A stretch of 64,000 nucleotides of DNA. Origin: a delta proteobacterium MLS_D (GTDB taxonomy: Bacteria > Desulfobacterota > Syntrophia > Syntrophales > UBA2210). The notes under the pieces are model-generated. The model saw only the letters and a list, made by a program, of their open reading frames with translations, was not told the origin of the DNA and did not search any database. Positions 26,632 through 35,229 of the stretch are shown here, piece after piece (within the stretch, counting starts at the first letter, position 1; the number at the start of each line of letters is the position of its first letter). The DNA is taken from NCBI GenBank assembly GCA_002030015.1, contig LQBH01000057.1, positions 35,470 to 99,469 on the forward strand. Direction: 5' to 3'. A program made the position numbers and the translations under genes.

Positions 26632-27171
26632 TTACCAGATCGACATGACCGTGTCGTCCTGTTCGACCTGGGTTTCGATAACCTTGGTGTCCAGCATGGA
26701 TGTAAGAATTTTGAGAGTGCGGATTATGTGTTCGATCTGGGAGGGATCAAGCCGGTTGAGTCCGTCCACCATCTGCTGCTGGATAGGGGGTGGAGCGTTT
26801 CGTGCCAGGTGTCGGCCCTCAGGTGTCAACTCGATCGTGATAACGCGGCGATCGGGGGAAGTGCGGACCCTGTGGACAAAACCCTTTCGCTCCAACCGAT
26901 CCACGATTCCGGTTATGGTGCTTGATTTGACCATGACACGCCTCGCCAGCTGTGAATGCGGCAGGGGACCGTCACTGTCGAGAACGCGAAGGCAACTCAA
27001 CTGGGGCGCGCTTACGTTATGCTTCCTGTCAAGCTCTTTCGTGTAAAGATAGGTGGCCTGTACGAGACGCCGAATAAGACGAATGATCTCGTCTGTCGAA
27101 TCCCGGCGGTACTCTTCGTCCGGCGCCCCGTTTCCGGATGTAGAATAGAGGGAGTGCTGGCTCTGGTCCAT
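26632..27171 (-). CDS. MarR-family transcriptional regulator
   Basis: 179 aa with a winged-helix core (SAPQLSCLRVL..LPHSQLARRVMVKSSTITGIVDRLERKGFVHR). It is co-directional with and upstream of the corrinoid operon. Confidence 0.85.
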   Translation of the reverse strand: MDQSQHSLYSTSGNGAPDEEYRRDSTDEIIRLIRRLVQATYLYTKELDRKHNVSAPQLSCLRVLDSDGPLPHSQLARRVMVKSSTITGIVDRLERKGFVHRVRTSPDRRVITIELTPEGRHLARNAPPPIQQQMVDGLNRLDPSQIEHIIRTLKILTSMLDTKVIETQVEQDDTVMSIW

Positions 27172-27314
27172 GATATGTTACCTGTGATAATCGTTAATAA
27201 AGTAATCTTATTCCGTCTTGAATTTCCAGCCGCCTTTTCGTAGCGATTGATACCATGGCCCGTCGTCGGGAGCAATAGAAATCGTAATTTCTTTATCATC
27301 CGGTACGGGGCGCC

Positions 27315-27349
27315 GACGGCCGAGCAGGCGCTTCTCCTGCCCGGCCGTC
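27315..27349 (-). terminator. 14-bp stem hairpin 22 nt downstream of htrA
   Basis: In minus-strand sense, GACGGCCGGGCAGG pairs with CCTGCTCGGCCGTC (one G:U) around the loop AGAAGCG. No U-tract follows, so it may be a terminator or a stabiliser. Confidence 0.4.
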
Positions 27350-27370
27350 ATGCCCGTTTTTCGGAATACG

Positions 27371-28855
27371 TTATGGTTTTATCACAACGAAAAACCTGGC
27401 ATCCTGTCGCTTTATGAGCAGAAGCAAGCTCTTTGAAGCATCGGCCCTCGCGATGGCCTCCCGGTAGTCATCCATGGTTTCGATATGAATGTTGTTGACC
27501 GAAACGATGATATCCGCCGGTTGAATACCCGCCTCGTCGGCCCTGCTGCCTGGTTCTACTTCTGTCACAATCACACCGCCCGTGTCGGACAGGCCGAAGT
27601 GCAGGGCCATATCGGGGGTAATCGCCTGGACGGTCATACCGAACTGGTCTTCCTTTTTATCCTTGCGGACCATAGTTTCCGCGTCCGGCCGCTCCTTGAT
27701 GACAACTGAAAAGTGCTTCTCCGCTCCCTTGCGGACCACGCCGACGTCAACCTCATCGCCGACCGGTATCGATGCCACAACACGGAGCAACTCCTGAGTG
27801 TCTTTAACGGGCTTCCCGTCGATCGAAACAATGACGTCGCCGCTCATGATGCCCGCCTCGGCGGCGGGATCTCCCTCGAAAGCATGGGCGACCAGTACGC
27901 CGTTCTCGGCTTTCAACCCGAGGTTTTCGGCGATTTCTTTCGTCACGTCCTGGACGGATACGCCCAGCCAACCACGGGTGACCCGTCCCTCCTTTTTAAG
28001 GGCCGGAAGAATTTCCTTCGCCATATCGATCGGAATGGCGAAGCCGATGCCCTGACCCTGTGCCACGATGGCCGTGTTAATACCGACCACCTCCCCGGCC
28101 ATGTTAAACAATGGACCGCCGCTGTTTCCGGGATTAATGGAAGCATCGGTCTGAATAAAATTATCATAGGGACCGGCGCCGATAACTCGGCCCGTGGCAC
28201 TGACGATACCAGCGGTAACCGTTTGCGACAGGCCGAAGGGGTTTCCGATAGCCATGACCCATTCACCAACTCGGAGATCTGCTGATTTTCCCAGGGTCGC
28301 GGCGGGAAGTTCCTCATCCGCTTCTATCTTGAGAAGGGCGATGTCGGTGTTTTTATCGCTGCCCTTGACGGTGGCGATATATTCGTTTCCGTTTGAAAGG
28401 CGGACCGTGATTTCGTCGGCCCGTTCTATGACGTGATTATTCGTAAAAAGATAACCGTCCTTGCTGATGATGAAACCGGACCCCAGGCTGCGCTGCCGGT
28501 ATTCCCTGCCCGGCCGATCGCCGAAAAAGTGCCTGAAAAATTCGTCGCCACCGAAGAACCGTTCGAAGGGTGATCCCCGAAAAGGTGACCCGAAGTTATA
28601 CATGTCTCCTCCACTGACAACCTTTGTCGTACTGATATTCACGACACAGGGATTAACCTGTTCAGCGATTTCGGTAAAGGACGGAGGGACATTAAACGCG
28701 GCCGCCTCGGCAGCAACTGCTTTTGTTTCCCGCGCTTCGAGAGAGCCGGGAACGAAGCCGAACGATGCCAGCCCAGCAATGAGGGCTATCGCAAAGGCCA
28801 GAAAAACAGCGGCTCCCGGCATTATAGTTGTTCGTTTCTGTCGTGATGTCTTCAT
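27371..28855 (-). CDS. htrA: Periplasmic serine endoprotease, DegP/DegQ/HtrA family (protease domain + two PDZ domains)
   Basis: 494 aa with an N-terminal signal/anchor and the catalytic triad context (TNNHV, DIALLKI, GNSGGPL). Two PDZ-like regions are present. The RBS AAGGAGGAG lies 6 nt before the ATG. Confidence 0.9.
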   Translation of the reverse strand: MKTSRQKRTTIMPGAAVFLAFAIALIAGLASFGFVPGSLEARETKAVAAEAAAFNVPPSFTEIAEQVNPCVVNISTTKVVSGGDMYNFGSPFRGSPFERFFGGDEFFRHFFGDRPGREYRQRSLGSGFIISKDGYLFTNNHVIERADEITVRLSNGNEYIATVKGSDKNTDIALLKIEADEELPAATLGKSADLRVGEWVMAIGNPFGLSQTVTAGIVSATGRVIGAGPYDNFIQTDASINPGNSGGPLFNMAGEVVGINTAIVAQGQGIGFAIPIDMAKEILPALKKEGRVTRGWLGVSVQDVTKEIAENLGLKAENGVLVAHAFEGDPAAEAGIMSGDVIVSIDGKPVKDTQELLRVVASIPVGDEVDVGVVRKGAEKHFSVVIKERPDAETMVRKDKKEDQFGMTVQAITPDMALHFGLSDTGGVIVTEVEPGSRADEAGIQPADIIVSVNNIHIETMDDYREAIARADASKSLLLLIKRQDARFFVVIKP

Positions 28856-29003
28856 ATGTATCTCCTCCTTCGTCGTATCGTCCCATCAAACCTTTTATAT
28901 TCATTCCGCTTTCCGCCGATGCCGCGTTGTCTCTCCGGTCCGGCCGCCGAAGGCGCTCCGGACGGCGTAACGTTCCCCCGGCGTCGCCGACTGCTGTGAA
29001 AAG

Positions 29004-29020
29004 TTGCAATGGTTATGCCA
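29004..29020 (-). promoter_or_regulatory. Sigma-54 promoter (-24/-12) for htrA: TGGCATAACCATTGCAA
   Basis: The minus-strand sequence TGGCAT-N5-TTGCA differs from the consensus TGGCAC-N5-TTGCW at one position. It lies about 150 nt upstream of the htrA ATG and next to a sigma-54 activator gene. Confidence 0.6.
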
Positions 29021-29097
29021 ACCGTCCTTCCCCGGCATCCCGCCAGGCGTCATTCCGGGCGGCGCGGCCGGGTACAACCCGGGAAGGCGCAAAAAAC

Positions 29098-29114
29098 TGG
29101 ATACAATATATCCA
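29098..29114. promoter_or_regulatory. Candidate enhancer (UAS) dyad TGGATA-N5-TATCCA between the two sigma-54 promoters
   Basis: This perfect 6-bp-arm dyad lies about 80-95 bp from the minus-strand promoter and about 110-125 bp from the plus-strand promoter. Its core TACAATATA recurs at 29133-29141. Confidence 0.4.
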
Positions 29115-29221
29115 CTTATGGTATACGGGTGTGTACAATATAGCCGGTTCTAAGCCGGCGGCGACATTCCAGATAAACCGCGTGCCGTGCGGTCTCTGTC
29201 GTCCCGCCTATACCGGTTTCA

Positions 29222-29237
29222 TGGCATCGACTTTGCT
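29222..29237 (+). promoter_or_regulatory. Sigma-54 promoter (-24/-12) for the kinase/regulator operon: TGGCATCGACTTTGCT
   Basis: The TGGCAT-N5-TTGCT sequence has canonical spacing and lies about 100 nt upstream of the kinase start. It is a mirror image of the htrA promoter. Confidence 0.55.
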
Positions 29238-29334
29238 TGTTGTCATGCCTGAATGAAATTATTGTACCGCTGCCGCGTCGTAAAGGCAAATACCCGGTAT
29301 CACGGGTATAAACCATAGGGAGGACCCGACAATC

Positions 29335-31086
29335 GTGCAAAAAGGGATGCCGAGCAAAACCGGCGCCTGGATTATGATTTCCCCGTGGATCATAATCGGA
29401 ACGGTGCTCATACTGGTTCCCATCGTGATACTGATGGCTCTGTACAGTATCGAGCAGCAGCGGACGGCCATGACGAAGCTGCTCGCCGAAAAGGGCGCCG
29501 CCCTTATCCGCTCCGTTGAAGCCGGTGCACGGGCGGGGCGGTCCCAAGCGGCGATAGATCTGCCCAGCATTCAGGCGTTGGTCGCCGAAACGTCCCAGCA
29601 GCCGGACATCGTGTATCTGCTCGTCACCGACGTAAACGGCCGCATAATCGCGCACAACGATCCAGGTAAAATCGGACGGTATCACGGTCGAGAACTGGAC
29701 CTGCGGGAAATAGCGGCGTCTCAGGGCCTGTACTACCGCAGGCCTGAAGGCAAGGACCGTGACGATATCTTTGAGGTATTCCGTTTTTTTGCGCCTGCTT
29801 CCGGCCCAATAGCCGGAGCGCGGGAAGAAGCAATTCCAGACGACGTTTTTAGGGGAACGAGCTCGCAGCAACCGGCATATATGATCTTCGTGGGATTGAA
29901 CCGCGAGCCTGTCGCCTCGGCCCTGAAATCGGATACTCGAGTCACCGTTGTGATGGCATTAATACTGCTTCTCGTCGGAGTTCTGGGTGTTATCACGCTC
30001 CTCATCCTGCAGGGGTATCGACAGACCCGCGCAACCCTGTCCCGAATCAGGACTTTTTCCGAAAACCTGGTGGAACATATTCCCATCGGCATCATCGCGA
30101 CCGACGCCTCCGGCTCCATCACATCTTTCAACCGGGCCGCGGAATCGCTTTTACAGATTCCGGCTTCACAAGCGTTTGGTCGAAATACCCGAGAGGTGAT
30201 GCCCATGCAACTTACGAACTGTCTCGAAAGGCTGTCGGAAGAAAAAACGGTCATCGAAGATGAACTTTCATGGTCCCCGGCGAAAGACAGAATGGTTGAT
30301 CTCGACATCATCGCCACATCAATGGCGGAAAAGGGCGTCTTCATGGGTCATGTCGTTATCATTCGGGACCTCACGGAAGTCAAGCGTTTGCAGCATGAAA
30401 TCGACCGGAGCCGTCGGCTGGCCTCTGTCGGCCGGCTGGCGGCGGGCGTCGCTCACGAAATACGTAATCCACTGAGTACCATCAAGGGATTCGCCACCTA
30501 CTTCAGGGACCGGTACCCGGATGCGGAAGACCGGCGCACCGCCGAGGTCATGATCGAGGAAGTGGACCGTCTCAATAGAGTGGTGGGCCAGCTCCTGGAT
30601 TTTTCCAGGCCCGTCAGGTTGAGGAATTCAACCGTATCCATTACCGACCTTGTTCGGCGTTCACTTGACATGATCAAAAACGGGGCGGACGAACGAAACA
30701 TCGTCGTCGAAACCGATCTGCCCGTGGATAATCTTGAAATCAGCGCGGACTCGGACAGCCTGAGCCAGGCCTTGCTCAACCTGTATCTCAACGCCGTCGA
30801 AGCAATGCCCGACGGCGGCCGACTTCGGGTCGGCGCAGCGCGGGATGACGGCGGCATCGTGATAACCGTCGCCGACACGGGTTGGGGTATTACCAAAGAA
30901 GACATGTTAAAAATATTTGATCCCTATTTCACCACCAAGCCCTCGGGCACGGGACTGGGGCTTTCTATCGTGCACAACATAGTGGAAGCTCACGGAGGAA
31001 CCATGACTGTCGACAGCGAACCAGGAGGGGGAACGGTCGTACGTTTTACTATTCGCGAGACGTCGGGCGCGAGGTCGAAAACATGA
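29335..31086 (+). CDS. Sensor histidine kinase (2 TM, PAS, HisKA, HATPase_c; NtrB/ZraS/AtoS-like)
   Basis: 583 aa with the H-box HEIRNPLSTIKG, N-box LLNLYLNAVEA and G-boxes DTGWGI and GTGLGLSIV. The start is GTG at 29335 with GGGAGG 11 nt upstream. An alternative ATG lies at 29347. Confidence 0.85.
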   Translation: MQKGMPSKTGAWIMISPWIIIGTVLILVPIVILMALYSIEQQRTAMTKLLAEKGAALIRSVEAGARAGRSQAAIDLPSIQALVAETSQQPDIVYLLVTDVNGRIIAHNDPGKIGRYHGRELDLREIAASQGLYYRRPEGKDRDDIFEVFRFFAPASGPIAGAREEAIPDDVFRGTSSQQPAYMIFVGLNREPVASALKSDTRVTVVMALILLLVGVLGVITLLILQGYRQTRATLSRIRTFSENLVEHIPIGIIATDASGSITSFNRAAESLLQIPASQAFGRNTREVMPMQLTNCLERLSEEKTVIEDELSWSPAKDRMVDLDIIATSMAEKGVFMGHVVIIRDLTEVKRLQHEIDRSRRLASVGRLAAGVAHEIRNPLSTIKGFATYFRDRYPDAEDRRTAEVMIEEVDRLNRVVGQLLDFSRPVRLRNSTVSITDLVRRSLDMIKNGADERNIVVETDLPVDNLEISADSDSLSQALLNLYLNAVEAMPDGGRLRVGAARDDGGIVITVADTGWGITKEDMLKIFDPYFTTKPSGTGLGLSIVHNIVEAHGGTMTVDSEPGGGTVVRFTIRETSGARSKT

Positions 31087-32432
31087 AAACCAGCTGTACG
31101 ATCCTGGTCGTTGATGACGACCGGGCACACCGCATCATGTTGAAAACGCTTCTGTCGGGATGGGGCTACGTCGTGGAGGAAGCCGACGACGGAGATACCG
31201 CTATCGAGCTGGTCCGTGAATATCCCTATGACCTGATTCTCATGGACGTCCGTATGATCCGTGTTTCAGGTCTTGAGGCGCTGCCGTCGATACGGCGCAT
31301 CAATCCGGCCATCCCGGTCATTATCATGACGGCCTATTCCTCTGTTGAATCGGCGGTGGAAGCCATGAAGAAGGGCGCCTACGACTACCTGACAAAACCC
31401 CTTGATTTTGATGAAGTACGGATTGTCATGGAACGGGCCGCCGAACACCGCCGCCTGCGGGAAGAAAACGTCCTGCTGCGGGAACAACTGGGAACCCGTT
31501 TCGACAGCGGCTCCATTATCGGCCGGAGCGAACCCATGGCAAAACTGATGGAAACGGTGGCCCGCGTGGCACCTTCAGACGCCACCGTTCTCATAACGGG
31601 AGAATCCGGTTCGGGCAAAGAGCTGGCCGCAGGCGCTATTCACTACAACAGCAGGCGCCGCGAAGGACCGTTTATAAAGATCAACTGTGGCGCTCTGACA
31701 GACACACTGCTTGCTTCTGAATTGTTCGGCCATGAAAAGGGTGCCTTCACGGGGGCGGACCGGCGCAAGGAAGGTACCTTCCGGCTGGCTGACGGCGGCA
31801 GTCTCTTTCTCGATGAAGTCAGCGATATGTCGCCGGCGATGCAGGTCAAACTGTTGCGGGTCTTGCAGGAGCGTGAAATCATCCGGGTGGGCGGAGCAAC
31901 GCCGATTCCGGTGGACGTACGCATCATCGCTGCCACCAACAGGGAACCGCGACGGGAAGTCGACGAGGGCCGTCTTCGGGAAGACCTGTATTTCCGTCTC
32001 AATGTGGTTCAAATCCGCCTTCCGTCGCTCCGCGAGCGCATGGAAGATATCCCCCTGCTGGCGCAGCGTTTTCTCGAGGATTTCGCCGCAAAAAACAATC
32101 GGACACTTCGTGGTTTTACTCCCGGTGCCATGAACAGCCTTGTGCAACATTCCTGGCCGGGCAATGTGCGAGAATTAATGAACGCCGTCGAACGGGCCGT
32201 TATCATGGCAAGGACCGATTACATAACCGAGGACGACCTCTCTCTTTTTCGGCCGTCCCATGACGACCGGAATTACAGTTTTTCGTCGGAACCGCTTGAA
32301 GACCTGGAACGAAAAGCCGTTCTTTTGACCCTCGAATCGGCGGGAGGCAACAAAAGCGAAGCAGCCCGCCGACTGGGCATCACCAGGAGAACCCTGCACA
32401 AGAAACTGAAAAAATACGGCGCCATGCCGTGA
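31083..32432 (+). CDS. Sigma-54-dependent response regulator (REC + AAA+ + Fis-type HTH; NtrC family)
   Basis: 449 aa with a receiver Asp context (LILMDVRM), Walker A GESGSGKE, the GAFTGA loop (EKGAFTGA) and a C-terminal HTH (AARRLGITRRTLHKKL). It overlaps the kinase stop by 4 nt. Confidence 0.9.
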   Translation: MKTSCTILVVDDDRAHRIMLKTLLSGWGYVVEEADDGDTAIELVREYPYDLILMDVRMIRVSGLEALPSIRRINPAIPVIIMTAYSSVESAVEAMKKGAYDYLTKPLDFDEVRIVMERAAEHRRLREENVLLREQLGTRFDSGSIIGRSEPMAKLMETVARVAPSDATVLITGESGSGKELAAGAIHYNSRRREGPFIKINCGALTDTLLASELFGHEKGAFTGADRRKEGTFRLADGGSLFLDEVSDMSPAMQVKLLRVLQEREIIRVGGATPIPVDVRIIAATNREPRREVDEGRLREDLYFRLNVVQIRLPSLRERMEDIPLLAQRFLEDFAAKNNRTLRGFTPGAMNSLVQHSWPGNVRELMNAVERAVIMARTDYITEDDLSLFRPSHDDRNYSFSSEPLEDLERKAVLLTLESAGGNKSEAARRLGITRRTLHKKLKKYGAMP

Positions 32433-32441
32433 AAAAGCGTT

Positions 32442-32861
32442 ATGGCGGGAAAGGAAGGAGACGTGAGAACGACTATCAGCGTCACGACAACCAGGCGCGA
32501 AGAGCTGGTCGACATAACAGCACCGGTTCGGGAGGTAATCTCCCGTAGCGATCTCTCGTTTCAACTCTGCTCTCTCTTCGTGCGCGGCGCGACCGCGGCT
32601 ATCATGATTCAGGAAAACTGGGATCCCAACATCGGAATCGACGTGGTATCATGCCTGCAACGCCTGGTGCCACGAGGCGACTGGCTTCACGACCGCGTCG
32701 ATGGAAACGGCGACGCCCATATCAAGGCCGGAATCATCGGGCCATCGGAAACCATACCCCTCCTGCGGGGCGGTATGATGCTGGGCACATGGCAAAATAT
32801 TTTTCTCTGTGAATTCGACGGCCCCAGACGGAACCGGGAAATCGTTATCACTCTCCTGTAA
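32442..32861 (+). CDS. YjbQ/UPF0047 family protein (secondary thiamine-phosphate synthase enzyme)
   Basis: 139 aa with family-like blocks TAAIMIQENWDP, GDAHIKA and GTWQNIFLCEFDGPR. Confidence 0.8.
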   Translation: MAGKEGDVRTTISVTTTRREELVDITAPVREVISRSDLSFQLCSLFVRGATAAIMIQENWDPNIGIDVVSCLQRLVPRGDWLHDRVDGNGDAHIKAGIIGPSETIPLLRGGMMLGTWQNIFLCEFDGPRRNREIVITLL

Positions 32862-32865
32862 AGCA

Positions 32866-32881
32866 TGTTTCACGTGAAACA
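32866..32881. other. Perfect parS centromere-like site TGTTTCACGTGAAACA
   Basis: This is an exact 16/16 match to the consensus ParB-binding palindrome. It lies in the 31-nt gap between convergent genes, 7.5 kb from parAB. Confidence 0.75.
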
Positions 32882-32892
32882 TGAAGGGCGGT

Positions 32893-33669
32893 TCAACTTT
32901 TCCGCAACGGACATTCCCCGCACCGCGGCAGGCGCCTGCAGAACAATTTCCCCGTGTTGACCAGGAGGGCGTGATACTGATTGAAGAGAGCCGCGTTCCG
33001 CGGCAAGTTTTCCTGAAACAAATTCTGAACGTCGTCGTAAGACCAGTTCTGTTCCGCCAGGCCGTGCCGTTCCAGAATACGTTTCGTATACGCGTCCACT
33101 ACAAAGACGGGGCGGTTGTCACCGTAAAGAAGGATGCTGTCCGCCGTTTCCCGGCCGATACCGTGCACCGCCAGCAGTATCTCCCGTAATCTTCCGGTTT
33201 CCTCGGCGAACATGGCTTCCATGCTTCCCCCGTAACACTCGTGCAGGAAATCTATAAAGGCCCGCAGCCTGTCTGTCTTTATATTATAAAATCCCGCCGG
33301 CCGTATAGCGTCGCTTATGTGCCTCGAATCCGCCCTGTACATCGTGAACGGATCGAGCAATCCCGAATCTCGAAGTCGTTCCACTGCGCTCGACGCGTTG
33401 GTCCACGTCGTGTTCTGCGTCAGAATCGCCCCGACCGCCATTTCAAAGGAAGTTTCGGCCGGCCACCAGTGCAATGCACCGAAGTGCTCGTTCATCCGTT
33501 TATACGCATCCTCGATCCAGCATTCCTGTTTGCTCCCGGTATCACCTCCCTGGCGCCCTCCGTGACCGTCGGCGCCACCTCCCCGCTTTTCCGCGAAAAT
33601 GACACCTCGAGTCTGTATTTCGTGGTCCTTATTCTTCATGCACGCCCCTGACATCACCTTCCGAAGCAA
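32893..33669 (-). CDS. Endonuclease III-domain (HhH-GPD) protein
   Basis: The blocks WWPAETSFEMAVGAILTQNTTWTNA and HGIGRETADSILLY (HhH) are present. The C-terminus has Cys residues in CRRLPRCGECPL. The start is uncertain: the maximal ORF overlaps the FAH gene by 41 nt, and M11 at 33639 is plausible. Confidence 0.75.
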   Translation of the reverse strand: MLRKVMSGACMKNKDHEIQTRGVIFAEKRGGGADGHGGRQGGDTGSKQECWIEDAYKRMNEHFGALHWWPAETSFEMAVGAILTQNTTWTNASSAVERLRDSGLLDPFTMYRADSRHISDAIRPAGFYNIKTDRLRAFIDFLHECYGGSMEAMFAEETGRLREILLAVHGIGRETADSILLYGDNRPVFVVDAYTKRILERHGLAEQNWSYDDVQNLFQENLPRNAALFNQYHALLVNTGKLFCRRLPRCGECPLRKS

Positions 33670-34456
33670 CGGGATTCGTCAGCGTCCCCAGTCCCTCGAT
33701 CCGCACCGAAACTCGGTCGCCCGCACGAAGAAATATCGGCGGTTGTCTCGTGTATCCCACGCCTTCCGGCGTTCCCGTCAGAATAACCGTTCCCGGCAGC
33801 AGGGTTACTGACTGACTCAGGCTGCTGATAAGATCGTAAACACCGAAAATCATGTCTCCCGTGACGCCGTCCTGTACCTTCCTGTCGTTGACAAACGTCT
33901 GAATCCGCAGGCTGGTCGGATCGAAGTCCGTTCCGCCGGTCTCGATCCACGGTCCCAGCGGACAGAAGGTATCGAAACTCTTGCCCCTCACCCACTGCCG
34001 CTGTTGTCTTCGCCACTGCCAGTCCCGGGCGCTCACGTCGTTTGCGCAACAGTACCCCAGTACGTGCTCGCGCGCCTCGGCAGGCGACAGGTTCTTGCCT
34101 GTCCGCCCGATAATAACAGCCAGTTCTCCCTCGTAGTCCACCTCGTCAGGCCCGGCAAGCGGAAGCAGAATGGCATCTCCCGGCCCCGCAACGCTGGTCG
34201 TTGGTTTCATGAATATTTCCGGCTCGTCCGGATAGACCGTGGCCGTTTCATCGGCGTGGCGGCGATAATTAAATCCGACGGCGTATATGTTCGCCGGTGC
34301 GACCGGCGCAGCCAGTCTCGACACATGCGCGATCCGCTCCCCCGGATTTCCACTGAACAGGTCACCCTCTATGATACGGGCCCGTTCCATTCCTTCGTCC
34401 TCGGGTATCCCCCAGAACATGCCGCCCTGTTCGTCTCTGAATCGTATTATCCTCAT
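33629..34456 (-). CDS. Fumarylacetoacetate hydrolase (FAH) family protein
   Basis: 275 aa with the blocks EGELAVIIG, NDVSARDWQ, KSFDTFCPLGPW and LLPGTVILTGTPEGVG. Its ATG overlaps the kdsB stop (ATGA). Confidence 0.85.
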   Translation of the reverse strand: MRIIRFRDEQGGMFWGIPEDEGMERARIIEGDLFSGNPGERIAHVSRLAAPVAPANIYAVGFNYRRHADETATVYPDEPEIFMKPTTSVAGPGDAILLPLAGPDEVDYEGELAVIIGRTGKNLSPAEAREHVLGYCCANDVSARDWQWRRQQRQWVRGKSFDTFCPLGPWIETGGTDFDPTSLRIQTFVNDRKVQDGVTGDMIFGVYDLISSLSQSVTLLPGTVILTGTPEGVGYTRQPPIFLRAGDRVSVRIEGLGTLTNPVASEGDVRGVHEE

Positions 34457-35229
34457 GTTTCCATACTCCGTTTTATCGTACCCGGTTTCCCTGAGCCGCC
34501 AGTCATCTCGTCGACGGCTCGCCTGAGTTCTTCCGGAGTGTCCACTTCCGGTGAATCATAAGCGCTTATCACAACCTTGATCCTGTAACCGTGCTCCAAA
34601 GCTCTCAACTGTTCAAGCGATTCAATCTGTTCCAGTCGGCCCGTTTCCAGTCCGGTGAACACGGAAAGAAAGGAGCGCCGATAGGCGTAAATGCCGTGAT
34701 GTTTGTAATAACGGGAATCTCCGTCGTTCCGTGCGAAGGGTACGGTTGATCGGGAAAAATACAGCGCGAAATCATCCCGATCAAAGACCACCTTGACGGC
34801 GTTTGGATGGGTTATTTCTTCTCGTCGCCGTATTTCGTAGACAAGGGTTGCGAATGAAAGCGATGCATCATCCAGCAGGGGGGCTGTTACCTCTTCAATC
34901 TGAGCCGGTTCAACCAGCGGCTGGTCTCCCTGTACGTTAACCACGATATCTGTTGTGTCGAGCTCCATGCTGTCGGCCGCTTCCGCGACGCGGTCAGTTC
35001 CTGAACGCTGTGTTGCGGCCGTCATGATCACCCGACCACCGAATGCCTCGACTGCCCGTACTATGCGTTCGTCGTCGGTGGCGACAGCGGCTTCCCGAAC
35101 CAGCGGGCATAGCAAAACTCGCTCGTATACCCGCTGTATCATCGGTTTTCCACCCATGTCGGCCAGGGGCTTGCCAGCGAATCTCGTCGACTCGTAGCGC
35201 GCGGGAATAATACAGACTATTCGAGGCAT
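34453..35229 (-). CDS. kdsB: 3-deoxy-manno-octulosonate cytidylyltransferase (CMP-KDO synthetase)
   Basis: The KdsB N-terminus MPRIVCIIPARYESTRFAGKPL is present, along with VNVQGDQP and EQLRALEHG blocks. I prefer the ATG at 35229; the track ORF extends to 35442 inside hldD. Confidence 0.85.
   Translation of the reverse strand: MPRIVCIIPARYESTRFAGKPLADMGGKPMIQRVYERVLLCPLVREAAVATDDERIVRAVEAFGGRVIMTAATQRSGTDRVAEAADSMELDTTDIVVNVQGDQPLVEPAQIEEVTAPLLDDASLSFATLVYEIRRREEITHPNAVKVVFDRDDFALYFSRSTVPFARNDGDSRYYKHHGIYAYRRSFLSVFTGLETGRLEQIESLEQLRALEHGYRIKVVISAYDSPEVDTPEELRRAVDEMTGGSGKPGTIKRSMET

Noticed and set aside
29116-29871. A 251-aa minus-strand ORF spans the htrA/kinase intergenic region and the kinase N-terminus.
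   Set aside because: It is antisense to the kinase transmembrane/sensor region and runs through both sigma-54 promoter elements. Its composition is Arg/Gly-rich and it has no motif.
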